DNA of 64,000 nucleotides, taken from NCBI GenBank assembly GCA_965226585.1, contig OZ245366.1, positions 96,001 to 160,000 on the forward strand. Reading direction: 5' to 3'. Below are positions 55,551 through 64,000 of this stretch, in pieces (position 1 is the stretch's first letter; each line of letters starts with the position of its first letter). The notes below the pieces were generated by a model. The model saw nothing but the letters and a program-made list of their open reading frames with translations. It was not told the DNA's origin and did not search any database. The DNA comes from Thermodesulfobacteriota bacterium (GTDB taxonomy: Bacteria; Desulfobacterota_D; UBA1144; Nemesobacterales; Mycalebacteriaceae). Made by a program: the position numbers and the translations under genes.

Positions 55551-58283
55551 TCAAGCCCCGCAACATTTCTTGTATTTCTTTCCGCTTCCGCACGGGCACG
55601 GGTCGTTTCTGCCCGTTTTATCGGAAACGCGGCGGACAGGCGGCGGAGGTGTTTCCATTTCTTCTGACGGGGCGGACAGCACAAGGTTTTGCGCCTCCCT
55701 TTCAATGCGCGGAGCGTCTTCCTCTTGCGCGAGGCGAACGCTGAAAAACTTGTCGCATATCTCCTCCTCATAGGTCGCCATAAGGTTTGCGAACATCTCA
55801 AAACCCTCGTTTTTGTATTCGTAAAGCGGGTCTTTCTGAGCGTATCCGCGCAGTCCGATTCCCTCTCTCAAATGATCCATTGAAAGCAGGTGCTCTTTCC
55901 ACAGCGCGTCAATGGTCTGAAGCATTATGTACCTTCGCACTTCGGGAGCGGCGGAAGGTCCCAGTTCGGTCTCTTTCAGCGTGTGCGCCTCTTCAGCCGC
56001 CTTTTCAAGCCCGCCGTCATCAAAGCCGTCTTCCATATGAAAGATACTGCGCGCCTCTTTAACAACCGCCTCTTTTTCCGCGCCCGAGGCGGTGGAAAGT
56101 TCCTCAGAAAGTTCGCGGGCAACCTTGAGGGCGATGGAGAGAAAATGCTCTCTCAGCGCGTCTCCGCCTTCAAGTATCTGCCGGCGGATATTGTACACAA
56201 CCTCTCTCTGCGTGTTGAGAACGTCATCGTAGTCAAGCAGGTGTTTTCTTATGTCGAAGTTGCGGCTTTCAACCTTTTTCTGCGCGGACTCTATCACCCT
56301 TGTCATCATCCCGTGCTCCATCGGCACTCCCTCTTCCCAGCCGACCATATTCATAATTGAGGCAACCCTTTCGGACGCGAATATTCTCATCAGCGGGTCT
56401 TCAAGCGAGATGTAGAAACGCGATGAGCCGGGGTCTCCCTGCCGTCCCGAACGCCCGCGCAGCTGGTTGTCTATGCGGCGGGATTCGTGCCTTTCAGAGC
56501 CGATGATGTGGAGCCCTCCCAGTTTGAGAATCTTCTCCCTTTCGCTCAGGCAATTCGCGCGCGCGGCGGTGAGAGCCTGTTCGGGGGTTTGTGTGCCGGG
56601 GGATTTTTCAAGGGCGGCGCGGGCGAGGAATTCGGGATTTCCGCCAAGCACGATGTCTGTTCCTCTTCCCGCCATGTTGGTTGCGATTGTAACCGCCCCG
56701 GCGCTTCCCGCCTGAGCCACAATCTCCGCCTCTTTCGCGTGATTTTTCGCGTTCAGAACTTGATGGGGAACTCCGTCTTTTTTAAGAATTCCGGATATTT
56801 TTTCAGACTGTTCTATGGATGCCGTTCCGACAAGAACGGGACTGCCGCCGGAGTTGAGTGTTTTTATCTCGTCGCATATGGCGCGGTTTTTTTCCGCTTC
56901 CGTTCTGTACACAACGTCATCGCAATCCTCTCTCACCATCTCTCTGTGCGTTGGCACAATGGAAACGTCAAGTTTGTATATTTTCTGAAACTCAAACGCC
57001 TCCGTGTCGGCGGTTCCGGTCATTCCCGAAAGTTTTTCATACATACGAAAATAGTTCTGAAGCGTTATTGTGGCAAGCGTCTGATTTTCTTCCTCTATAT
57101 CCGCGTTTTCCTTCGCTTCAACCGCCTGATGAAGTCCGTCTCCCCATCTCCGCCCTTCCATAATCCGCCCGGTGAATTCGTCCACAATCACCACTTTGCC
57201 TTCTCTCACCATATAGTCCACATCCTTATGAAACAGGTGCCGCGCCCTCAGGGCTTGGTTGACGCAGTGAAGCGTTTCAAGGCTCGCGGGGTCGTAGAGG
57301 TTTGCCACTCCGAGGGCGGATTCCACGCGCGATATGCCTTGCTCGGTAAGTTCGGCGCGGCGGTTTTTTTCATCAACGGAAAAGTCTTCTCCGGTTGAGA
57401 GTGGAGCCACCACGCGGTCTATTTTGTTGTAGATATCGGTGGATTTTCCGGAGGGTCCTGAGATTATGAGGGGAGTTCGGGCTTCGTCTATAAGTATGCT
57501 GTCAACCTCGTCAACGATGGCGAAAAAGTGTCCGCGCTGAGAGTATTCTTCAAGGCTGAACGCCATGTTGTCGCGAAGGTAGTCAAAGCCGAATTCGTTG
57601 TTTGTGCCGTAAGTGATATCGCAGGCGTACGCTTCAGTTTTTGAGCACGGGGTGAGTGTGCATTTGAAGGCGGATACTGCCCGGAGGTTCTGGGCTTTTT
57701 CCTCTCCCTGCCAGGCAGACATATTTTCTTTCAGGGCTTCCGTGGCTTTTTCTTCGTCTTCCCACTGCGCGCGATATGACGCGCCTGAGTTTATAACGCC
57801 GACTTCAAGTCCCAGAAGTTTATAGACGGGAGCCATCCACAGGGCGTCTCTTCCCGCGAGGTAGTCGTTAACGGTAACGAGGTGCGCTCCTTTTCCCGCG
57901 AGGGCGTTCAGGCAGAGGGCGGGAACGGCGACAAGGGTTTTTCCCTCTCCGGTTTTCATTTCCGCCACAGAGCCCCGGTGGAGAACAAGGGCGCCGATTA
58001 TCTGGACATCAAACAGCCGCATGCCGAGTGTTCTGCAAGCCGCTTCTCTTGCGAGGGCAAATGCCTGAGGCATGATTTCGGAAAACTTTTTCTCTTTTTC
58101 CTCTGTTGAGGAGTTTTGCGGAATTTGAGAGCGGAGTTCCGCTGTTTTTTCCGCGATTTGCGCGTTAGACAGCGCAGACACCTCTTCTTCAAGGGCGTTC
58201 ACGCTTTCCACAACGGAATACATACGCCGTATTCTGCGGGCGTTCTGGGTTCCGACTATCTTTCTGAAAAGTTCTGTCAGCAT
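55551..58283 (-). CDS. secA: Preprotein translocase ATPase SecA
   Basis: [74 protein letters not shown]. Confidence 0.98.
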   Translation of the reverse strand: MLTELFRKIVGTQNARRIRRMYSVVESVNALEEEVSALSNAQIAEKTAELRSQIPQNSSTEEKEKKFSEIMPQAFALAREAACRTLGMRLFDVQIIGALVLHRGSVAEMKTGEGKTLVAVPALCLNALAGKGAHLVTVNDYLAGRDALWMAPVYKLLGLEVGVINSGASYRAQWEDEEKATEALKENMSAWQGEEKAQNLRAVSAFKCTLTPCSKTEAYACDITYGTNNEFGFDYLRDNMAFSLEEYSQRGHFFAIVDEVDSILIDEARTPLIISGPSGKSTDIYNKIDRVVAPLSTGEDFSVDEKNRRAELTEQGISRVESALGVANLYDPASLETLHCVNQALRARHLFHKDVDYMVREGKVVIVDEFTGRIMEGRRWGDGLHQAVEAKENADIEEENQTLATITLQNYFRMYEKLSGMTGTADTEAFEFQKIYKLDVSIVPTHREMVREDCDDVVYRTEAEKNRAICDEIKTLNSGGSPVLVGTASIEQSEKISGILKKDGVPHQVLNAKNHAKEAEIVAQAGSAGAVTIATNMAGRGTDIVLGGNPEFLARAALEKSPGTQTPEQALTAARANCLSEREKILKLGGLHIIGSERHESRRIDNQLRGRSGRQGDPGSSRFYISLEDPLMRIFASERVASIMNMVGWEEGVPMEHGMMTRVIESAQKKVESRNFDIRKHLLDYDDVLNTQREVVYNIRRQILEGGDALREHFLSIALKVARELSEELSTASGAEKEAVVKEARSIFHMEDGFDDGGLEKAAEEAHTLKETELGPSAAPEVRRYIMLQTIDALWKEHLLSMDHLREGIGLRGYAQKDPLYEYKNEGFEMFANLMATYEEEICDKFFSVRLAQEEDAPRIEREAQNLVLSAPSEEMETPPPPVRRVSDKTGRNDPCPCGSGKKYKKCCGA

Positions 58284-58352
58284 TAAGGGCGTATTGTATC
58301 ACAAACGGGCGGGAAAGGGGCTTGGCGGGAGCGGGAGCGGCGGACGGAAAAT

Positions 58353-58410
58353 ATACAAGTAAGCATACAAGTAGGCATACAAGTAGACATACAAGTAACA
58401 AACAAGTAAA
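58353..58410 (+). repeat. Tandem array of five 11-12-bp units with core ACAAGTA
   Basis: ATACAAGTAAGC / ATACAAGTAGGC / ATACAAGTAGAC / ATACAAGTAAC / AAACAAGTAAA. Confidence 0.92.
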
Positions 58411-58412
58411 AT
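58384..58412 (+). promoter_or_regulatory. Sigma70-type promoter embedded in the repeat array; probably gives a leaderless fic mRNA
   Basis: TAGACA (58384-58389)-17 bp-TAAAAT (58407-58412); ATG at 58419 lies at the expected +1 and has no SD. Confidence 0.65.
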
Positions 58413-58418
58413 GAGTCC

Positions 58419-59429
58419 ATGTCAGCCGGAAAACAGGCAAAACCGCCTTATGAAATCACGCCCGCAATTTTGCGGAATGTTGTGGAGATAGGCGAACTTC
58501 TGGGCACGCTCAAAGCCCATTCGGGTTGGGGTTCAAAGCCCCGCCTGAGCCGTGTGAACCGTATAAAAACGATACAGGGAACACTTGAGATAGAGGGAAA
58601 CACTTTGTCGCGTGAGCAGGTAACGGCGGTTCTTGAAGGCAAGGCGGTGCTTGCGCCGCCGCGTGAAATACAAGAGGTGAAAAACGCTTTTGCGGCGTAT
58701 GACAAACTGTCTGAACTTGTGCCGCATTCTCAAAAATCGTTGTTTGACTCTCACAAATTGATGATGTTCGGGCTTGTTGATGACCTGGGGTGTTTCCGTT
58801 CCGGAAATGTGGGGGTTCGCGGCGCGGAGGGAGTTGTTCATGTCGCGCCTCCGGTGAAACAGGTTTCCGGGCTTATGAAAAATCTTTTGGGGTGGCTTAA
58901 AGAAACTGATGAGCACCCTTTGATTGCGAGTTCCGTTTTTCATTACGAGTTTGAGGTAATCCATCCGTTTCAAGACGGCAACGGCAGAATGGGGCGTCTT
59001 TGGCAGACGTTGATTTTGGGTATATGGAACTCCGTTTTCAATTTCTTGCCTGTTGAGAACATGATTAGAGACCACCGTGAGAACTATTACGATGCGTTAA
59101 ACGCTTGCAACAAGGCGGGTGAATCAACGGAGTTTATAGAGTTCGCGCTTAATATGATTAACAAAACCGTTTCCGGCGCGATAGCAGACAGCGCGGCGGG
59201 TGAAGTGGTAACCGGGCAAGTGAAGTCTCTTTTGAAAACCCTCCGTAGACAGCCGCTTAATACTGCGGAGATAATGGGGAAACTGCGTGTAAAAAGCCGT
59301 CTTTCGTTCCGCGAAACCTACTTGATTCCCGCGATTCAAAAAGAACTTGTTGAGATGACAGAACCGGACTCGCCGAGAAGCCCTACACAGAAATATAAAT
59401 TGACTGGTAAAGGGTTAGGGAAGGTGTGA
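58419..59429 (+). CDS. Fic-domain AMPylase (class II, auto-inhibited) with C-terminal winged-HTH
   Basis: Inhibitory TLEIEGN; catalytic HPFQDGNGRMGR; C-terminal YL.PA....LVEMT.PD.PRSP.QKYKLT. Confidence 0.9.
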   Translation: MSAGKQAKPPYEITPAILRNVVEIGELLGTLKAHSGWGSKPRLSRVNRIKTIQGTLEIEGNTLSREQVTAVLEGKAVLAPPREIQEVKNAFAAYDKLSELVPHSQKSLFDSHKLMMFGLVDDLGCFRSGNVGVRGAEGVVHVAPPVKQVSGLMKNLLGWLKETDEHPLIASSVFHYEFEVIHPFQDGNGRMGRLWQTLILGIWNSVFNFLPVENMIRDHRENYYDALNACNKAGESTEFIEFALNMINKTVSGAIADSAAGEVVTGQVKSLLKTLRRQPLNTAEIMGKLRVKSRLSFRETYLIPAIQKELVEMTEPDSPRSPTQKYKLTGKGLGKV

Positions 59430-59522
59430 TGAGAGGTTTTTACACAGGTTGAAATGGTTAAGCCACTTGAAATTTGAACGTAACTTGTTTTGAATAACAG
59501 GCAATCTGTTGAGAATGATTTT

Positions 59523-61871
59523 ATGAGCCAAACACCCAGATTTGCTAAAAGCAGCTTATCCAAACAGACTGCAGAAAAATTCCTTCGGGCTGTGTCCACA
59601 GAGGAAGTTAAAAGTATTCTGGAAAGCCAGCCTGAATTCGATTCCAATGAAAATTGGAGACCTTACGGGCAAGCAGAGAAAAACTGGGACAGGGTCGGCG
59701 TCCAAACCAGTGAGCCTGTCGGAGCACTCGCAGAACTGATTATCAACTCCATTGATGCAATCCTCATGCGAAGAGCAAAAGAAGAAGGCGTAGATACATC
59801 AAGTGAGTCAGCCCCGAAGAATATGAGGGAGGCAGTAAAGCTCTTTTTCCCTGAAGTGTTGGAGGGAAAATTGACCCTTTTGAGTCAGGAGCAAAGAACG
59901 AGGTTAGCTGAAAAAAGCGTACTGATTGGTATTAAAAGAACGGGAAGAAAAAACGACTTATGCCCTAACTATACAATAGTTGATTTTGGAGAAGGTCAAA
60001 ACCACGGAGATTTTGAAAAAACTTTTCTTTCTTTGGGAGAAAAGAACAAGGAGGGAATCCCGTTTGTTCAAGGTCGCTTTAACATGGGCAGCACCGGGTC
60101 AATAACATTTTGTACAAGGGCTGACATCAGAAGCGGAATGTACAAATTTGTTCTTTCTAAGAGCAATGTAGAAAGTTCCGATGGCCTGTGGGGGTGGACC
60201 CTTATAAGGGCAAGATCAACTCGTGCGGGAGAGCAACTGCCCGTAATTGAGTACTTCTGCCCAAACGGAGAGATTCCCTGTTTTGAGTCTAATGGTATCA
60301 AAGCATTTAACAGAAAGGATATAGGTGTTCTACCGGAGGGCGGCACTGTTGTGAAGCTGTATGAGTACGATATAGGCCCCCGTTCTCGTGCGGTTGATAT
60401 TGGCTTGTATGACGCGCTCACGACAAACCTCATCGACTGTGCACTTCCTATCCGCCTCTACGATTTTGATGCACAACCTACAAAAGGCGGTCTCAGGTCG
60501 GAGGGTATAGCCCCAAGAACTTTCTCAGGGATGAAGACAGTTTTGGGGTCTGACGACGAAAAAGATGAGCCAGGCAAAGTAGATATTAAAGGTACTACGG
60601 AGAATTCTGAGAACCCAAGCCTAGGAACAATTCGCATATCCTATTTTGGTCTGGACAAAATGAAAGACTATTTGAGAAACTACAGTTACAGAATGTTTTA
60701 CACGATTAACGGTCAAACTCAGGCAAAAGAGAGGGCAAGTTTGCTGAGACAGGCGAATCTTGATGACTTGAGAGACCATTTGATAGTTCAAGTTGATTGC
60801 AACAAGATGGATAACACCGCTCGATCCGCCATCTTCAAACCCGACAGGGAGAGAATGGCGGGTATAGAGTTGACCAGAGAATTAAGGCAAATCGTTATAG
60901 AGGCATTGAAAGAAGACAGGCGACTCAGGGAGTACGCTAGGGAAATAAGAAACCGTCGTATATCCGAACAAATAGAGGATGAAGAAAGTAAAAACTTCCT
61001 TTCCGGTCTTGTAAAAGACAGTCCAGACCTTCAGGAACTCTTTGACACTGGGAATATTGTTACTGTCCCGACACAAACTCCAGGAGGAGATGAGAAATAC
61101 GATGGAAAACCATTTCCCTCGTATTTGAATCCCGTAAACTTGGAAGAAGGTAATGTTAAGAGTGTTCCAATTAACACTTACAGACGGATAGAATGTAAAA
61201 CGGATGTTCAAAATGACTATCTGGTAAGAGAAGATAACCAAGGGGAATTTATCCATCCTAAGGCCGAGGAGTTGCCTAATTCGGGATCTCTTCGTAACGG
61301 GAAATTACGTATAAAAGTGAGTCCTCCGGCAGGAGCAAAGGAAGGGGATGAATTTCCTGCTCGATTTGGTTTTGAAGATTCAAACCCCGACAGGACCGAA
61401 CCTTTGACTTTTGATATGACAATTAAGATTACGGGTGAGGAACCAACAACAAACAACCCTCCCGGAAATGAAACTAAAACGAGAAAGAAATCTGAACCTT
61501 CCAGAGATTTTCCTGACATTTTATTTGTGAGAAAGGAAAATTGGGGCGAACATCGATTTAATGAGGAATCAGGGGCTTATGTTGCCGCTGGAGAGTCTCT
61601 AGCTGTTTTTGTAAATGAAGACAATAAATATCTATCCTCTCTTGTCCGCAAAGAATCTGACGAAGGTAAAAGAAAAATCATCAAATATCGTTTCAGATTT
61701 GGTGTCGGTATTCTCACCTTGGCAATGTATAAAAAACTTGTTTATGATGAAAACGATGAGGACGGGGCTGACGGAAAGGAATATGATGAGGACAAGGTTC
61801 TGCGTCTCGCCTCGTCTTCTATTGCGGCACATGTTGTAACCCTTATTGACAAACTTGGAGGTAACAGGTGA
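59523..61871 (+). CDS. Large uncharacterised GHKL (HATPase/MORC-like) ATPase
   Basis: ELIINSIDA (motif I), IVDFGEG (DxGxG), QGRFNMGSTG (variant G-box), GTVVKL; start ATG 59523 or TTG 59490. Confidence 0.7.
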   Translation: MSQTPRFAKSSLSKQTAEKFLRAVSTEEVKSILESQPEFDSNENWRPYGQAEKNWDRVGVQTSEPVGALAELIINSIDAILMRRAKEEGVDTSSESAPKNMREAVKLFFPEVLEGKLTLLSQEQRTRLAEKSVLIGIKRTGRKNDLCPNYTIVDFGEGQNHGDFEKTFLSLGEKNKEGIPFVQGRFNMGSTGSITFCTRADIRSGMYKFVLSKSNVESSDGLWGWTLIRARSTRAGEQLPVIEYFCPNGEIPCFESNGIKAFNRKDIGVLPEGGTVVKLYEYDIGPRSRAVDIGLYDALTTNLIDCALPIRLYDFDAQPTKGGLRSEGIAPRTFSGMKTVLGSDDEKDEPGKVDIKGTTENSENPSLGTIRISYFGLDKMKDYLRNYSYRMFYTINGQTQAKERASLLRQANLDDLRDHLIVQVDCNKMDNTARSAIFKPDRERMAGIELTRELRQIVIEALKEDRRLREYAREIRNRRISEQIEDEESKNFLSGLVKDSPDLQELFDTGNIVTVPTQTPGGDEKYDGKPFPSYLNPVNLEEGNVKSVPINTYRRIECKTDVQNDYLVREDNQGEFIHPKAEELPNSGSLRNGKLRIKVSPPAGAKEGDEFPARFGFEDSNPDRTEPLTFDMTIKITGEEPTTNNPPGNETKTRKKSEPSRDFPDILFVRKENWGEHRFNEESGAYVAAGESLAVFVNEDNKYLSSLVRKESDEGKRKIIKYRFRFGVGILTLAMYKKLVYDENDEDGADGKEYDEDKVLRLASSSIAAHVVTLIDKLGGNR

Positions 61872-62920
61872 AAAAACAACGCTTGAAGGCTGTTGATTTT
61901 TTTTGCGGGGCGGGCGGTATGTCTCAGGGCATGAAAATGGCGGGCATACAGGTTCTTGTGGGCATAGATATAGACAAAGAGTGTGAGCGGACATACAGGA
62001 AAAATCACCCTCAATCTCAATTTTTTCTAAAAGATATAATTAGGCTCCCAAGAACTTTTTTGGAAAAAAAATGTGGAATTAAACGCAATGATGACAGTTT
62101 GATTTTTATAGGGTGCAGTCCTTGCCAGTATTGGAGCATTCTGAATACAGACAGAAGAGCATCTCTGAAAACAAGAGGATTACTTGAAGAATTTTGGCGT
62201 TTTGTCAGTTACTATAACCCTGGTTACGTGGTAGTAGAGAATGTTCCAGGAATCAAAAGAAAAGAATCAGAAAGTTGGCTTGATGAGTTTCGCAACAAAC
62301 TTCAACAGAAAGGATATGAGATTGATGAGAATGTTATTAATGCAAAACATTACGGCGTACCGCAAAGCAGAAAAAGGTTCATTTTAATTGCCTCCAGAGT
62401 AAAAAAATCAATCACTTTCCCCAAGCCAGGCAAGGAGTCTGTTCTTAAAGACTTTATTGGTACTTACAACAGATTTCCTGTCCTTCAGTCTGGACACAGG
62501 GATGAAAATAATTTCATGGATACTGTTGCGGACTTGTCTGAAAAGAACTTAAAACGACTTAAACTCACACCAAAAAATGGTGGGACAAGGAAAGCATGGA
62601 AAGATGATCCCGAACTCCAAATAGAAGCTTATAAGGGCAAAGACGACTCTTTTAGAGATGTTTATGGGAGGTTGAGGTGGGACAAGCCCGCTTCAACAAT
62701 TACAACAAGGTTTAATGGAATTTCAAATGGTCGTTTCGCTCATCCCGATGAGGATAGGGGTTTGTCCCTTAGAGAGGGCGCGACTCTGCAAACATTTCCA
62801 CCGGACTATATTTTTGAGTGTGACAGTTCTAATGCTGTGTCAAAGTTGATAGGCAATGCCGTTCCCCCTCAACTTGCTTTCAGGCTCGGTAAATGTATTA
62901 GTGCAAATTCGGAGGAGTAA
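61868..62920 (+). CDS. dcm: DNA (cytosine-5)-methyltransferase
   Basis: DFFCGAGG (I), SPCQ (IV), ENV (VI), QSRKR (VIII), REGATLQTFP, IGNAVPP (IX/X). Confidence 0.93.
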   Translation: MKKQRLKAVDFFCGAGGMSQGMKMAGIQVLVGIDIDKECERTYRKNHPQSQFFLKDIIRLPRTFLEKKCGIKRNDDSLIFIGCSPCQYWSILNTDRRASLKTRGLLEEFWRFVSYYNPGYVVVENVPGIKRKESESWLDEFRNKLQQKGYEIDENVINAKHYGVPQSRKRFILIASRVKKSITFPKPGKESVLKDFIGTYNRFPVLQSGHRDENNFMDTVADLSEKNLKRLKLTPKNGGTRKAWKDDPELQIEAYKGKDDSFRDVYGRLRWDKPASTITTRFNGISNGRFAHPDEDRGLSLREGATLQTFPPDYIFECDSSNAVSKLIGNAVPPQLAFRLGKCISANSEE

Positions 62921-62923
62921 CTT

Positions 62924-64000
62924 ATGTCGGATCAAAAACCATTGACAATGACATTTGACCCTTTGGTCATTGAGCACCTTGGAGTCCGGATGTATTCAAC
63001 ACTTCCACCAGTTCTTAGTGAACTGATAGCCAATTCGTATGATGCGGACGCAACGGAAGTCAACATCGAACTGCACGATGAAGATAGTAACGATAAGAAA
63101 ATTATTGTTAGAGATAATGGAACTGGTATGTCCTTTAATGATATTGAGAGCAAATTTCTTGTTATAGGACGAAATTGCAGAGAACATGGTGAGACTACCA
63201 TAGGTGGACGCAAACCCATAGGTAAAAAGGGATTGGGAAAACTGTCTTTTTTTGGAATAGTACAAACAATTACTGTAGATACGGTCCGTGATAGGAAAAG
63301 AAATATTTTTAAAATGGATTGGGAAACGATAATGAATTCTGATGGTCAGTACAATGTTGATCATGTAGTGCAAAATGAATCCACAAAACTTAAGAACGGA
63401 ACAACCATCACCCTCGAAGACATAAAACGCAAAAGTGATTTTTCCAGCAGAGATATCGCTAACAGTATTTCAAGGTTTTTTATTTTCGATGAAAATTTTA
63501 CAGTTAAAATTAAACACAACAAAGAGCGTAAAATAACAGTAAAAAATCAAATGCGTTTCGACTCTCTGGATGAAGAATTTAAATGGAACATCCCCGAAGA
63601 CTTGGAAGATAAAAAATTGATTGGTTATCTGACAAAAAACCAAATCAGAGGAGAAGTAATCACCACGATAGGGCCAATAAGACCTAACACAAAGGTAAGA
63701 GGGGTTACTCTGTTTTCTCGAGGCAAACTTGTTCAAGCTCCCTACTATTTTTCTGAAAGCACATCAAGCCATTTTTTCTCCTATTTAACCGGATGGTTAG
63801 AAATCGATTTTATTGACGATATGTCAGAAGATGTAATTTCAACAAACAGGCAAAGCTTGAATTGGGAAAACTCTGAAATGAGCAAACTTCACTCTAAACT
63901 ACAAGATTGCATAGCTTTTATTGGAAGGGAATGGAGAAAGAAGCGCACTGAAAAAAAGGGGGCGAAGATTAAGGGGAAACTTCCGAAAGATTGGTATGGC
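62924..64000 (+). CDS. Prokaryotic MORC-type GHKL ATPase (3' truncated; absent from the ORF track)
   Basis: Own translation from ATG 62924 after GGAGGAG, open to the window end: FDPLVIEHLG..Y..PPVLSELIANSYDADA, RDNGTGMS, GKKGLGKLS, GTTITL, RGKLVQ, ISTNRQ. Confidence 0.88.
   Translation, partial: MSDQKPLTMTFDPLVIEHLGVRMYSTLPPVLSELIANSYDADATEVNIELHDEDSNDKKIIVRDNGTGMSFNDIESKFLVIGRNCREHGETTIGGRKPIGKKGLGKLSFFGIVQTITVDTVRDRKRNIFKMDWETIMNSDGQYNVDHVVQNESTKLKNGTTITLEDIKRKSDFSSRDIANSISRFFIFDENFTVKIKHNKERKITVKNQMRFDSLDEEFKWNIPEDLEDKKLIGYLTKNQIRGEVITTIGPIRPNTKVRGVTLFSRGKLVQAPYYFSESTSSHFFSYLTGWLEIDFIDDMSEDVISTNRQSLNWENSEMSKLHSKLQDCIAFIGREWRKKRTEKKGAKIKGKLPKDWYG

Noticed and set aside
58353..58410. Repeat array as a CRISPR or guide-RNA array
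   Set aside because: Units are only 11-12 bp with about 2-3 variable bases, there are no real spacers, and no cas or other RNA-guided genes lie nearby.
58189..58440. 83-aa ORF with LLVC repeats
   Set aside because: Antisense translation of the 12-bp array; it overlaps both the secA and fic starts.

Overview
Gene-dense, GC-rich bacterial chromosome segment from a Gram-negative organism. A deltaproteobacterial-type lineage, possibly Ca. Dadabacteria, is an inference from CarD, DUF4911 and the dcw gene order. Core content: phosphodiesterase (partial), carD, a lone nuoF, tRNA-Gln/ispE, fxsA, a partial cobalamin cluster directly behind tRNA-Glu, a dcw cluster (rsmH to ftsZ, no mraZ or ddl), murJ, aroQ-recJ-trkAH-ribF-aroE-purU, oadGAB, rpmH-rnpA-yidD-yidC-jag-sirtuin, a thiolase-like/DUF35/MaoC trio, a Na+/solute symporter and secA. 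Two visibly AT-richer accessory islets carry defence-type genes. (1) 26761-32428: a Panacea (DUF4065) antitoxin/PemK-like toxin pair divergent from a fused restriction-methylase, its S subunit and a coupled NDT/TIR-like effector. (2) 58419-64000: a Fic-wHTH gene whose promoter is built from a 12-bp repeat array, then a coupled operon of an uncharacterised GHKL ATPase, a C5 cytosine methyltransferase and a second MORC-type GHKL ATPase that runs off the window end and is missing from the ORF track. The best candidates for something undescribed are the dual-GHKL methylase operon, the repeat-built Fic promoter, and the RM-coupled NDT effector. All family calls come from motif recognition, not database searches.
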